Source: Candidatus Eiseniibacteriota bacterium (GTDB lineage: Bacteria; Eisenbacteria; RBG-16-71-46; CAZAMP01). Taken from it: a stretch of DNA of 64,000 bases. Both the position numbers and the translations under genes were made by a program. Under the pieces are notes generated by a model. The model ran no database searches and had not been told where the DNA came from. It was given only the letters and a program-made list of their open reading frames with translations. Location: the NCBI GenBank assembly GCA_965224245.1, contig OZ245046.1, positions 3,392,001 through 3,456,000 on the forward strand. The letters are read 5' to 3'. How positions within the stretch are numbered: the first letter of the stretch is position 1; every line of letters begins with the position of its first letter. Shown here piece after piece: positions 28,020 through 37,659 of this stretch.

Positions 28020-29498
28020 ATGCGAACTCCCGCAGCTCCCACCGACCGCGGCACGCGACTCGTCGTCGCCGCGCTCGCCGTCTTCGGATCCCTCGCCCTC
28101 GCGGTCGCGAGCAGCGCCCAGAACATGTCCTACACGACCAGCTCCCGGGATGCGCTGGCGCTGTTTCGGGCGGGTATCGAGCTCGACAACAACCTGTACC
28201 AGGAGGCCGCGGCCGAGCAGTTCGAGCGTGCCCTGGCCATCGATCCGCGATTCGCCATGGCCCACCTGTATTACGCCCTGGGGCGGGCCAACGACAGCTA
28301 CGCCGACTACCGGACCCACCTGGATCAGGCGATCGCGATGACGGGCGAGGTGACCGAGGGCGAGCGTCTGCTGATCTCGGCCCATCAGGCCCGGGACGAG
28401 AACCGGCCGGCCGACGCCGAACGCCTGTTCCGGCGGCTGCAGGCGCTCTACCCCGGCGACGTGCAGACGCACCTGCAGATCTCGCTCTCGTCGTTCGGCA
28501 CCGGCGACTACCACGCGGCCGCCGAGCAGCTCGAGGCGGCGATCCTCCTCGACGACGAGTTCCCGCCCGCGTACAACCAGCTCGGCTACTGCTATGCGTT
28601 CATGGGCAACTTCGACGCGGCGATCACGACGCTGAAGGCCTACGCCAGCCTGATCCCCGACGAGCCGAACCCGCACGACTCGCTGGGCGAGGTGTACCTG
28701 ATGGCCGGCCAGTTCGACGAGGCGATCGCGCGATACACGCGTGCGCTCGAGCTGGACCCCGCGTTCTACAGCTCGTATCTGGGCCGCGGGCACGCGTACC
28801 TCCTGATGGATCAGCGCGACCGCGCCCTCGTCGAGTATCGCAAGATGCGCGAGGTCGCCCCGACCGCGGGCGTCGCCCGCGACGCGCTTCGCTGGGAGGG
28901 GATCGCCCAGGCCTACTTCGACGACTTCGATCTCGCGGCCGCGACGCTCGAGGAGGTTCGCGGCGAGGCCCGATCCGCCGGTGAGATCATCTCGGCGGGG
29001 AACCGGGCGATCGACCTGGGCTGGCTGCACCTGGCCGCCGGCGGCCACGACGCGGCGATCGCGGCCATGGAGGACGGCTGGCAGTACGTCATGTCCTCGG
29101 GCGACCTCCCGGAGGTGGCCAAGAAGAACTACGCGCGACGCCACCACGTCGTGCACGGCATCGTTCTGGCCAGGAGCGGCGACACCGAGGGCGCCCACAG
29201 CGTGGCCGACCGACTCCATCGGCTCGTGGATCTGAGCGAGGACATCGCCGAGTGGGAGGACTTCAACTGGCTCATGGGCGAGATTCGCTTCGTCGAGGAG
29301 GACTACAAGAGCGCGCTCGCGCATCTGATCCACGCCCCGGCGGAGAACCCCCGCGTCATCTATCTGACCGGTCAGGCGTGCGACGCGCGCGGTCTTCGCG
29401 ACGAGGCTCAGCGACATCGCGAGCGGGTGGAGCAGTTCAACCGCATGAGCCTCTTGTACGCGATGACGCTCCGGGACATGCGTCACCCGACGAACTGA
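28020..29498 (+). CDS. Exported tetratricopeptide-repeat protein
   Basis: Signal peptide; ALAIDPRFAMAH, PAYNQLGY, PNPHDSLGEVY, ALELDP repeats. Confidence 0.85.
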   Translation: MRTPAAPTDRGTRLVVAALAVFGSLALAVASSAQNMSYTTSSRDALALFRAGIELDNNLYQEAAAEQFERALAIDPRFAMAHLYYALGRANDSYADYRTHLDQAIAMTGEVTEGERLLISAHQARDENRPADAERLFRRLQALYPGDVQTHLQISLSSFGTGDYHAAAEQLEAAILLDDEFPPAYNQLGYCYAFMGNFDAAITTLKAYASLIPDEPNPHDSLGEVYLMAGQFDEAIARYTRALELDPAFYSSYLGRGHAYLLMDQRDRALVEYRKMREVAPTAGVARDALRWEGIAQAYFDDFDLAAATLEEVRGEARSAGEIISAGNRAIDLGWLHLAAGGHDAAIAAMEDGWQYVMSSGDLPEVAKKNYARRHHVVHGIVLARSGDTEGAHSVADRLHRLVDLSEDIAEWEDFNWLMGEIRFVEEDYKSALAHLIHAPAENPRVIYLTGQACDARGLRDEAQRHRERVEQFNRMSLLYAMTLRDMRHPTN

Positions 29499-29517
29499 CG
29501 GCGAGGCGGGAGACGAG

Positions 29518-30156
29518 TTGACGACCTCCGGTGCGCAGCTGAGCTTCCGGCTCGGCGGTCGAGGGTCGACGCGGCCCGCGTCGTCGCTCGACCGCGAGCC
29601 GGACGAACGACTCGAGCCCGAGCCGTTCGTGCTCACCTCGGCGCTCAGGCGCCACCGCCGGCGGCGCGACGTCGAGGCGAAGATCCGCTACTGCCTGAAC
29701 TTCTTTCCCGAGCTGCGCGAGCGCCGGTTCGGGGTCGGCGTCACGCGGCAGGCGCAGGGTCTGGCGAGCCTCGACGACTTCGCGATCTGGCTCAACCCAC
29801 ACCGCCTCACGTTGCACACGATCGCGCACGAGCTCACGCACTTGCTCCAGGCGGACGGCCGCGTGCCCGGAGGCGAGCGCTCGTGCGATCTCTTCGCGCT
29901 CGCACGACACCCGTCGTTGAACGACTCACGGCCCAACTACCTCGACATCCCGGACGACCTGTTCGACGAGCGCGGCTACTACACCCGGACCGGATGGCCG
30001 ACGGTTCTCTACGAGTCGGCGCGGCGCGCCATCGACGAGCGCGCGTCGGGACGACGCACGTACATCCGCTGGTTCGAGGTGCACGTCACGGCGCTCTCCG
30101 CCGCCGGCACCGTGGCGGGCCGATCACCGACTCCCCGCAGCACGCGGACGCCCTGA
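29518..30156 (+). CDS. Hypothetical protein with HExxH metallopeptidase-like motif
   Basis: HTIAHELTHLLQ followed by GERSCDLFA. Confidence 0.6.
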   Translation: MTTSGAQLSFRLGGRGSTRPASSLDREPDERLEPEPFVLTSALRRHRRRRDVEAKIRYCLNFFPELRERRFGVGVTRQAQGLASLDDFAIWLNPHRLTLHTIAHELTHLLQADGRVPGGERSCDLFALARHPSLNDSRPNYLDIPDDLFDERGYYTRTGWPTVLYESARRAIDERASGRRTYIRWFEVHVTALSAAGTVAGRSPTPRSTRTP

Positions 30157-30169
30157 GCCCGGAGGGAGC

Positions 30170-30345
30170 GACGCGACGTCCCGCGGTCGGAACCTCGTTC
30201 ACCGGCAGCGTGTCGACCGATGGACGGTGATCGCCGAGCGTCGCGAGACGATCGCCACGTCGCCGGGATCCACGACACCCGACCCGTCGAGGTGGCGCAG
30301 AGGTCGCTCGTGCCGAGCGTCGACTCCACGTAGTCGTGATCCTTC
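30170..30345 (-). pseudogene. Frameshifted remnant of a dockerin-like domain
   Basis: Restoring two single G bases gives ELKDHDYVESTLGTSDLCADLDGSGVVDPGDVAIVSATLGDHRPSVDTLPVNEVP. Confidence 0.5.
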
Positions 30346-30402
30346 AGCTCGCCGTGTGGGGCCTCGGGCAACACCCGCGTGCAGCCGGCGTTGCCCCGGG
30401 AG

Positions 30403-31449
30403 CTACGACACGTAGGTCACGTCGTCACCGAGAACGGCGGCGCAGGTCCTGTCGAACCTCGCGTCTCGCTCGCGTCGCGCCCGAACGCTCACGTGCGCGA
30501 GCACCGGGCGCGCGGCCCGTCGCCGGCGCCAGCCGAGGAGCCACCAGATCGGGATCAGCGAGTTGTGGAGCTCACCCATCGGATCGGGCGCGAGGGTCCG
30601 TACCTCCGCCGCGGGATCGACGAGAAGCCCGTGGCGCTCGGACTCCCGCAGCATCCACTGGAGTGCGATGTCGGAGAGACCGTTCTCCTCGTAGCCGCCC
30701 CCCACGTCCGAGTGGACCCCCGCGAACCATACCTGACGAAACCGGGGCTCGCCGGTCAGGGGACTGATCTCGTCCGCATTTCCGGGGCTCCACACGTTCG
30801 GCGGGAACTTCGTCCGTCGCTCGTGGATCGCGAGCGCGTGGCGTCCGTGCGACACCGCCTCCAGCCGTGCCGTGTACGGGAGGACCAGAGAGCGCCGAAA
30901 CAGCCCCACGGACTTCACCGTGTCCCAGACGCCCAGGAAGTGAATGCGCCCCTCGCCGCGCTCGGTGGGCCACTGTCGCGGAAAGTACTTGCGGAACCGT
31001 GCCGCCTTCTTCCAGGGGGGCTCGCCGTGCTCGCGGCTGCGATGAAGATGAATCGCGTAGTCCACGAGGTTGTCACAGTTGGGATCGAGCAGCCCGCACA
31101 TGAACACGAGCCCGGCCAGCGCGCGAACGGTGTAGGCGCCGCGGCTGAACCCGTAGAGAAAGATGCGATCCCCCTCCGCGTAGTTCCGCATCAGGAACGT
31201 GTAGGCTTCCCGGATGTTCGCGGTGAGTCCGTACGCGAAGGCCAGCCCCAGGAGCCGTGTGATGGCCTTGGCGGTGCGCGTCTGGACGCCCGCGGCGGGC
31301 AGGATGCCGAGCCCCGGGTCGTAGTACACGACCTGCCTCGCCGGGTCGCGCTTGTCCAGTCGCAGGTAGAGCTCGAGGACGTTGCTGATCGCGCCCTTCT
31401 TGACCTCGTTTCCCGTCCCGTCACAGCAGATCACGATGTTCTTGGGCAC
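30403..31449 (-). CDS. DUF2235 alpha/beta hydrolase (Tle1-like phospholipase domain)
   Basis: CCDGTGN, GFSRGAYTVR, GVWDTV, HALAIHERR, WFAGVHSDVGGG. Confidence 0.92.
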   Translation of the reverse strand: MPKNIVICCDGTGNEVKKGAISNVLELYLRLDKRDPARQVVYYDPGLGILPAAGVQTRTAKAITRLLGLAFAYGLTANIREAYTFLMRNYAEGDRIFLYGFSRGAYTVRALAGLVFMCGLLDPNCDNLVDYAIHLHRSREHGEPPWKKAARFRKYFPRQWPTERGEGRIHFLGVWDTVKSVGLFRRSLVLPYTARLEAVSHGRHALAIHERRTKFPPNVWSPGNADEISPLTGEPRFRQVWFAGVHSDVGGGYEENGLSDIALQWMLRESERHGLLVDPAAEVRTLAPDPMGELHNSLIPIWWLLGWRRRRAARPVLAHVSVRARRERDARFDRTCAAVLGDDVTYVS

Positions 31450-31704
31450 CGGCTCCTCCCTCCGCTCACGCGCGCCCCGAGGACTCGCCGCGTACGTGGC
31501 TCGTCCTCCTGGGCACGCCGATCGTAGTCGAGCGAGCCCACCGCGTCATCTGCGAGCCGGCCCCCGTCGGCTCCCGCACCCGTACTCTGGACAACACGAC
31601 GTCGACCCCTCTAGAGTAGCCACCCTCGAGGGCCCACGGCGACCGACGCGGCGCTCTCGCTTCACTCTCACGGCGTGCGCGCACGCTCGACAGGAGAACA
31701 CGGC

Positions 31705-32349
31705 GTGTGGACCAACGCCCTACGAGAGCACATCGACGCGATCCTCGCGAAGCCCGACAGCCGTGATGCGATCGTCGCGCGCGTCACCGAGCTGTTCGAT
31801 CGGGAAGGCGACCCGGCGGCGCCGGACGCCGTATCCGGGGTCGTGGACCAGCTGGAACGATACGTGACCGGAACGCCCGAGCTGCTCTTTGCCGCCGCGC
31901 ACGAGGCACGCGACTTCGAGATCCTCGATACGATCGAGCCGCTGCTCGCGCGGTGCGCCTCCTACTTCATCGAGGAGTCCGATCTCATCCCCGATCACCT
32001 CGGCGTCTACGGTCTTCTGGACGACGCCTACCTCGCACAGACCTTTCTGTGGGGCATCTCGACGCTGCACGCCGAGGAAACCGGCATCCCGCTCCTGGGA
32101 ACCTACCTCGCGGGCGCGAACGCCATGGTGCGCGCCTTCATCGGCAACGCGGTGGCGACCCAGCTCGACGAGGTGGTCATTCACGACCTCGAGGAGGCGG
32201 ACGTCAAGGCGCGCCTTGCCGAGCTCGTGCGCCATCCGCGCACGATGCACGCGGACGCCGGTGGGGAGCGTGGCTCCTGGGGTGACACGTGGGAGAGCGA
32301 GATGACGCGCTCCGCCCGCGAGCTGGGCGTGTCGCTCGACTTCGAGTGA
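31705..32349 (+). CDS. DUF1232/YkvA-like hypothetical protein
   Basis: DLIPDHLGVYGLLDDAYL motif; AGGAG RBS. Confidence 0.6.
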   Translation: MWTNALREHIDAILAKPDSRDAIVARVTELFDREGDPAAPDAVSGVVDQLERYVTGTPELLFAAAHEARDFEILDTIEPLLARCASYFIEESDLIPDHLGVYGLLDDAYLAQTFLWGISTLHAEETGIPLLGTYLAGANAMVRAFIGNAVATQLDEVVIHDLEEADVKARLAELVRHPRTMHADAGGERGSWGDTWESEMTRSARELGVSLDFE

Positions 32350-32353
32350 CGGG

Positions 32354-34114
32354 TCAGCGCACGCGAACGAGCTTGCCCGTTCCGTCACGCACACGTCCGT
32401 CGTCATCCGGCGGACCGGACACGCGATACGTGTACGAGCCGGCGGGCACCGGGCGGCCGTCGTCGGATCGGCCGTCCCAGCGGACCCCGGCGCCGGCGCC
32501 GGCCCCGGCGTTCCCGACGAGCGTTCTCACGAGCCGGCCCGCCGCGTCGTAGATCCGCACGCGCGTCGGACCGGGCGTGGCGCCGAGCAGCGGGATGGTC
32601 GTCGCGCCGCGGGTCGGATTCGGGACAGGTCCCATGATCCCCGAGCCGCTCGAGGATCCCGGCTCGGCCCCGATGATCGTGCACGTCGTCGCGTCCACGT
32701 ACGCGAGGTCGTTCGTGACGGGCACGCCCGCGTCCGCGAGCACGGCCGTGGTGGCGTTCAGGTAGATCCGGAAGATGCTCGAGGGATCGTCCGGGTCCTG
32801 CATCGGGTAGTCCGTGTATCCATTGTCCACGATCGCGGGCACCAGGATGTGGGCGGTGGCCCAGAGATCCAGCGCCACCGGATCCAGACCGGCCACGAGC
32901 CGATCGAGCCGCGTCGCCTCCTCGTAGCTGCACCACGGCCCCCCCGACGGGTGGGCCAGCACGTAGATGGCATCGACGAGATTCAGATCGGGCCGGCGCA
33001 CGTCCGCCAGGAAACGCCCGAGGCCCCCGTAACGGACCGCCGCGTGTGTGTTCGTCGAGAGCTGCGTGGTCATCGTGCCCACGTGGTGCTTGACGCTGGC
33101 CGTGACGCCGTACACCGCACCGTGGCACTTCAGCACCGGTACGTTCAGAAACGTGAATGCGTCGTCCGAGTAGGTCTGGCTCCCCGGGTCGAAGACCCCG
33201 TGCTTCAGGCTGACGTAACGTCCCTGGGCCGTGCGGAACTTGGGATACGAGACACGAATCCGCGCGATCGCGTCGTACTCGCCCACCACGTAGCCGTCGG
33301 TGAGATCGCCGTCGGTGTACTCTGCGACCGAGGTGGAGCGGATCGCATCCCACAAGTACGTCGATACCGGCCAGCCGGCGTCGGCGAAGTCCGTGACGAC
33401 GTCCAGGGCCGACTGCGAGTGGTCCTCGGCGTTGCTCTCGGCCCAGTCGAACGTGCCCCGCCCCTGTGTGTTCTCCACCACGACGACCTCACCCGTGAAG
33501 CCGTCGGGGTGCTCGACGATGCGTGCGATCAGACCGCGAAGGACGTCGGTGTTGGTGCCGCCCCGCTCGGGCCATTGCTGGTTGATCTTGATCAGCACGA
33601 CGTCGTCGTACCCGACGATGCCCTCCGGAGCGCTCTCCGGCGCCCCCGAGCCCGATCGATAGAACGAGAGCCCACCGGCGTGCATGCAGGAGATCAGCTC
33701 GTCCACGCCCAGATGATGATCGCCCGCGGGCCCGCCGGCGTTCTCGATCGCGAACACCGACGCGCGATAGTCGGCGAACCGCGAGGACGTGTCGATCGCG
33801 GCGCGGGCCGAGACGCCCGGGCGAGACCCCTCGGGCGGGCCCGCGGACAGCACCAGCGCGAGGACGAGCGCACCCGCGGGGAGAAGGCGCGCCGCGCGCG
33901 AGCGTTCACCGGCGAGGGGATGCGCCCGGTCGATCGCGTGGAGCAGGGGGAGCCCGAGCACCAGCGTCGAGCTCGCGAGCGCCGCCCGCTGGCACGGATA
34001 GGCCAGACGCGACGGCTTCCGTCCCGAGCGCAGAAGAAGCCAGACGAGCGCACCGATCGCGAGGACGGTCGGATGACCGAGTAGTCGGCGGCATGAACGG
34101 ACGGCCCAGCGCAT
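32354..34114 (-). CDS. DUF362-domain protein with FlgD-Ig C-terminal domain
   Basis: VLIKIN, TNTDVL, NVPVLKCH..GVTASVKH, LNLVDA, DPVALD; tail PNPTRG...YDAAGRLVRTL...WDGRSDDG. Confidence 0.8.
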   Translation of the reverse strand: MRWAVRSCRRLLGHPTVLAIGALVWLLLRSGRKPSRLAYPCQRAALASSTLVLGLPLLHAIDRAHPLAGERSRAARLLPAGALVLALVLSAGPPEGSRPGVSARAAIDTSSRFADYRASVFAIENAGGPAGDHHLGVDELISCMHAGGLSFYRSGSGAPESAPEGIVGYDDVVLIKINQQWPERGGTNTDVLRGLIARIVEHPDGFTGEVVVVENTQGRGTFDWAESNAEDHSQSALDVVTDFADAGWPVSTYLWDAIRSTSVAEYTDGDLTDGYVVGEYDAIARIRVSYPKFRTAQGRYVSLKHGVFDPGSQTYSDDAFTFLNVPVLKCHGAVYGVTASVKHHVGTMTTQLSTNTHAAVRYGGLGRFLADVRRPDLNLVDAIYVLAHPSGGPWCSYEEATRLDRLVAGLDPVALDLWATAHILVPAIVDNGYTDYPMQDPDDPSSIFRIYLNATTAVLADAGVPVTNDLAYVDATTCTIIGAEPGSSSGSGIMGPVPNPTRGATTIPLLGATPGPTRVRIYDAAGRLVRTLVGNAGAGAGAGVRWDGRSDDGRPVPAGSYTYRVSGPPDDDGRVRDGTGKLVRVR

Positions 34115-34234
34115 GATGGCTCCTCCCGCGACGTCGGTGAAGATCGAGGTGCGAGGACCGCCGGGATCCCCGCGAGCGGCGAGCGCCGCACGGCCTGCCA
34201 GGAGCCCAGAGCACAGCACGATCCGGTGGGAAGC

Positions 34235-34262
34235 CGCCATGATGCAATTGCATCATGCCGGT
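34235..34262 (-). promoter_or_regulatory. Conserved palindromic upstream element, copy 1
   Basis: Perfect 20-bp palindrome CATGATGCAATTGCATCATG at 34238-34257; 25 of 28 positions match the copy at 57626. Confidence 0.65.
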
Positions 34263-34335
34263 ACGCAGTCACGTCATGGCGGCCACGCGAGTCGGACCCG
34301 GGGAGAGACCGGGCGCCGAAGGGGCATCGGCCCGG

Positions 34336-34617
34336 TCACATCGTCATCAGTCCCTGGAGCTGGAACACACATGCGCCCCTGGTGCAGTTGAAGTCCGCCC
34401 GGATGTCCATGCCTTCACACCGGCCGGTGCCTTCGTGCACGACCGAGCCGGTCACCTCGAAGTCGACCGCCATCGACACGGTGGCTTGGTACCGCATCGG
34501 CGCGTGTCGATCCAGCGATGCCGGATCGTCATCGACCGGCGCGAGGGCATTGTCCTCGCAACCCACCGCGAACGCCACGCTCGCGATCGGCACGAGGAGC
34601 TTCGAGCAGAAGCTCAT
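34336..34617 (-). CDS. Small putative lipoprotein
   Basis: Lipobox-like FAVG-C after a hydrophobic stretch; GGGGG RBS. Confidence 0.5.
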   Translation of the reverse strand: MSFCSKLLVPIASVAFAVGCEDNALAPVDDDPASLDRHAPMRYQATVSMAVDFEVTGSVVHEGTGRCEGMDIRADFNCTRGACVFQLQGLMTM

Positions 34618-34712
34618 GACTCTACCCCCAGTCCTTTGGTGTGTGCGCGAGGCGGGCGCGGGCGCGGATCCTCGCGCGATCGTCGAGAACGATCGCGCTC
34701 CACCACCTCACC

Positions 34713-34734
34713 CGCCATGATGCATGGACATCAA
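34713..34734 (-). promoter_or_regulatory. Conserved upstream element, copy 2 (degenerate)
   Basis: Minus strand reads TTGATGTCCATGCATCATGGCG, sharing TGATG-N5-TGCATCATGGCG with copy 1. Confidence 0.45.
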
Positions 34735-34800
34735 TTCGCGGTCGGTCACCGAGATGAACGCGTGATCGAGTCGGCACGGGGATCGACGAGTGACGTTCCG

Positions 34801-36285
34801 TCAGACGTTCGATGACGTGGGGGACTCTGCGGCGATCGACGGCGCGGACACCGGCCCGTATATCCGCTCCGCCGCCGCCACCGCACCCATCATCACGCCC
34901 CAGATCGCGTTGAAGCGATAGTGCGTGACGATCGAGCTGGCCAGCGACAGCACGAGTACGCCCACCATCGTTCCCGCCACGCTCATGGCGAGCAACTGGA
35001 CGTCCCGATGGGGATGTCGGGCCAGCACCCAGCACCGCCACAGCACGAGGACGAGGAAGCCCGTGAACAAGAGAAGACCGATGATGCCCGACTTCCACCA
35101 CAGCGTGAGGTAGCTGTTGTCGACGCGGAGGACCGTCGTGTTCTGGCCCCGGAGGATCGGGATGTCCTCCTCGTCGCCGATCCCCCATCCGACGAACGGA
35201 TGAACGGCGACCTTCTCCTTCCAGACGTAGGCGAAGGAGACGAGGCGAATCACGATCGCGGCGGATCCGGCCGCGTCCGTGGCCTCGGCCGCGCGCTCGG
35301 CGACGCCCTGGGACACGTCCGCCGCGCCACGTCCCCCGCCGATCGTGCCCAGCAGTCCCCACCCGACGACCCCCGACAGGATCAGGGTCAGCACCCCGCC
35401 CACCAAACGCGAGCGCCGAACGTGCACGGCGCGAAGCGCCACCACGCCCGCCGCGATGATCGAGACCGGGAGCGCGACGAACAGGGCCCGTTGCTGCGAG
35501 AGGAGCGTCACCAACACGCACGGAACGAAGCCAATCAGCCACCACCACGCGCTGCCGCGGCGCGCGACCAGGAACGCAGCGAGCAGAAACGGGGCGATCG
35601 CCACGACCAGGTTCGCCTGTCGGGTCACGATGCGACCGAACGTCACGTCCCACGTGATTCCACCGACTGCGGCCAGGACGTACTCGACGAACACCAGCCC
35701 CACCCCCGCGAACATCGCGACGAGCACCCACAGGAGGTCTCCCGGGGTGCGGAGGGCGTCGGCCGCGATCGGGTAGGTCACGTAGAGCGCCAGCAGCATG
35801 GCCTCGGTCCTGAGGGCGCCGGGCTCGTGGCCGAGCCAGACGCCGCGCAGGACCGACACGAACATCCAGGCCGTGACGAGTCCCCACGCCCAGGGGAGCG
35901 ACCGCGCACCACCGCTGAGGCGTCCGCGATCGAGTGCGTCCTTGAGCACGTGAAACGCCGCCACCCCGATGAGCCCGTACGCCATCAACGGATGGTAGGC
36001 GAGGGGTACGAACTCGAACCGGAGGCGCTCGAGCTGTGTCGCCATCAACAGCACGATCATCAGTGACAGCGTGCGGGCCGCCGAGCGGCACACGACCGGA
36101 GCCACGACGGCGAGCAGCGCCGCGATCACCACCAGGAGCGGGTCCAGACGCGACATCCCGTAGATGGCGGCGGCCGCCGCGGCGGCGTACGCGGCGGGCA
36201 CCCATCGCCGGGCATGTCGCACGACCGCGTCCAGCGTGGTGCGAAGTCCGCGGTCGACCCACGTGGTGACGGCCTGCGGGGTCAT
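34801..36285 (-). CDS. O-antigen ligase/Wzy family membrane protein
   Basis: Multi-TM; SQQRAL, HPFVGWGIG, VDNSYLTLWWKSGIIGL; ATGA overlap with wzz. Confidence 0.85.
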   Translation of the reverse strand: MTPQAVTTWVDRGLRTTLDAVVRHARRWVPAAYAAAAAAAIYGMSRLDPLLVVIAALLAVVAPVVCRSAARTLSLMIVLLMATQLERLRFEFVPLAYHPLMAYGLIGVAAFHVLKDALDRGRLSGGARSLPWAWGLVTAWMFVSVLRGVWLGHEPGALRTEAMLLALYVTYPIAADALRTPGDLLWVLVAMFAGVGLVFVEYVLAAVGGITWDVTFGRIVTRQANLVVAIAPFLLAAFLVARRGSAWWWLIGFVPCVLVTLLSQQRALFVALPVSIIAAGVVALRAVHVRRSRLVGGVLTLILSGVVGWGLLGTIGGGRGAADVSQGVAERAAEATDAAGSAAIVIRLVSFAYVWKEKVAVHPFVGWGIGDEEDIPILRGQNTTVLRVDNSYLTLWWKSGIIGLLLFTGFLVLVLWRCWVLARHPHRDVQLLAMSVAGTMVGVLVLSLASSIVTHYRFNAIWGVMMGAVAAAERIYGPVSAPSIAAESPTSSNV

Positions 36286-37412
36286 GACGGGCGATCGCGC
36301 GTGCGCGAGGGGGACAACGTGGCGGCCACGGCGAGAATCCCGCCGCCGTCCCGCTCGAAGAACGCGAGCGTACGGGCGATCGCGACCGCGAAGACGACCG
36401 CGATCGCGAACGCGCACAGAACGACCTGCGTACGGCGGGGAAGCGCGCGACGCTCCGGAACGGCCGCGGCGTCCACGATCTGAAGCGGACGCGACCGTCC
36501 CGCTTCGGCGAGCACGGCGTCGGCCCGCCGGGTCGTCAGATACTCGTGGAGCGCGCGCGCGACCACGACCCCCCGGTACATCCGTTCGCTCTCGGCGACC
36601 GGCTCGGGCTGGCTCGACAGCACGGCGTCGATCGCGGCCAGCTGGCTTCGCCGACGCCGGATGGGATCGGAGTCGGGCGCGAGCGTCCGCGCCATCGCCT
36701 CGAGCTCGACCTCGAGCTCGAGCCTGATGGCCGAGAGCGCGGTCCACGCGTCTCCGGTCGACCGCGGCGTGCCCGGAAGACCGCTTGCGGCCTGAAGGGT
36801 CGCCCAGTCGGCCTCGACGTGGTCGAGCACCTCCCCGACCGCCACCAGCCGCGCGTCGAGAAACTCGCGCTGCCGGCGCGCCCGGTCGGCCGCGACCTCG
36901 GTCAGGAACGCGTCCAGCTCGTTCACCATGCCATTCACGATCGACGCCGCCAGCTCGGGGTCCCGGTCACGGAGCCGGATCCGGACGAGATCGTCGTACG
37001 GGTTCACATCGCTCTGAAGGCGATCGAGGAGCGTCAGGTACGCGCCGTCCGCGTTGTCGGCGCGGTAGTGAGATACGAGCCCGTGCTCGACGATGATCGG
37101 ATCCACGATGCGCCGCGATCGCAGCAGGCTGGAGACGAGATCCGGCGTCAGTGGCCCCGGCAGCGTCGGCTCGGCGGCGAGCGCGCCCGGCACCAGCGCG
37201 GCGAGGCCGCGGGCGCCGGACACCGCGGCGCCGTCGGACGGGCGAACGAGCGCCCGCGCGACGTACTGCGGCGTGGCGAGGAGCGCGTACGCGAGGCCGG
37301 CCACCGTGACCAGGACGACGTGGGTGAGCGCCGGCCGCCAGTGGCGAAGAAGGGTGTGCAGCTCCGCCCTGGCCCGCGAACGCAGGTCGGTCAGGTCGGT
37401 GGTCGGCGACAT
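36282..37412 (-). CDS. Wzz/GumC-like polysaccharide chain-length determinant
   Basis: Two terminal TMs; TPQYVARA, DRDPELAASIVN, coiled coil, QIVDAAAVPERRALPRR. Confidence 0.8.
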   Translation of the reverse strand: MSPTTDLTDLRSRARAELHTLLRHWRPALTHVVLVTVAGLAYALLATPQYVARALVRPSDGAAVSGARGLAALVPGALAAEPTLPGPLTPDLVSSLLRSRRIVDPIIVEHGLVSHYRADNADGAYLTLLDRLQSDVNPYDDLVRIRLRDRDPELAASIVNGMVNELDAFLTEVAADRARRQREFLDARLVAVGEVLDHVEADWATLQAASGLPGTPRSTGDAWTALSAIRLELEVELEAMARTLAPDSDPIRRRRSQLAAIDAVLSSQPEPVAESERMYRGVVVARALHEYLTTRRADAVLAEAGRSRPLQIVDAAAVPERRALPRRTQVVLCAFAIAVVFAVAIARTLAFFERDGGGILAVAATLSPSRTRDRPS

Positions 37413-37574
37413 CGCGATCCTCGGTATCGGCCAGCTCTCCGGGACTCGGTCGCCGGAGTCTATCGAGCCCGGCTCGGGGCCGGAACCGCGAAGTCGACCG
37501 GTGATCGTGGACGCCGCGGTGACGGGAGCGTGGCGTCGGCGACCCGGTCGACCCGTGATCGCCGGGACGTGCCG

Positions 37575-37643
37575 GCCGTCCCGGCCGCTGCCGTCCCGGC
37601 CGCTGCCGTCCCGGCCGCTGCCGTCCCGGCCGCTGCCGTCCCG
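37575..37643. repeat. 15-bp tandem repeat, 4.6 copies
   Basis: GCCGTCCCGGCCGCT four times plus a partial copy, intergenic. Confidence 0.9.
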
Positions 37644-37659
37644 TACTCGGAGGCGACCG

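Noticed and set aside
34235..34262. The 28-bp element as a sigma54 promoter or NtrC site
   Set aside because: GG to GC spacing is 12 rather than 10, and the half-sites are arranged opposite to the NtrC GCAC-N7-GTGC dyad.
37575..37643. Possible CRISPR array
   Set aside because: Units are contiguous 15-mers without spacers, and no cas genes are present.
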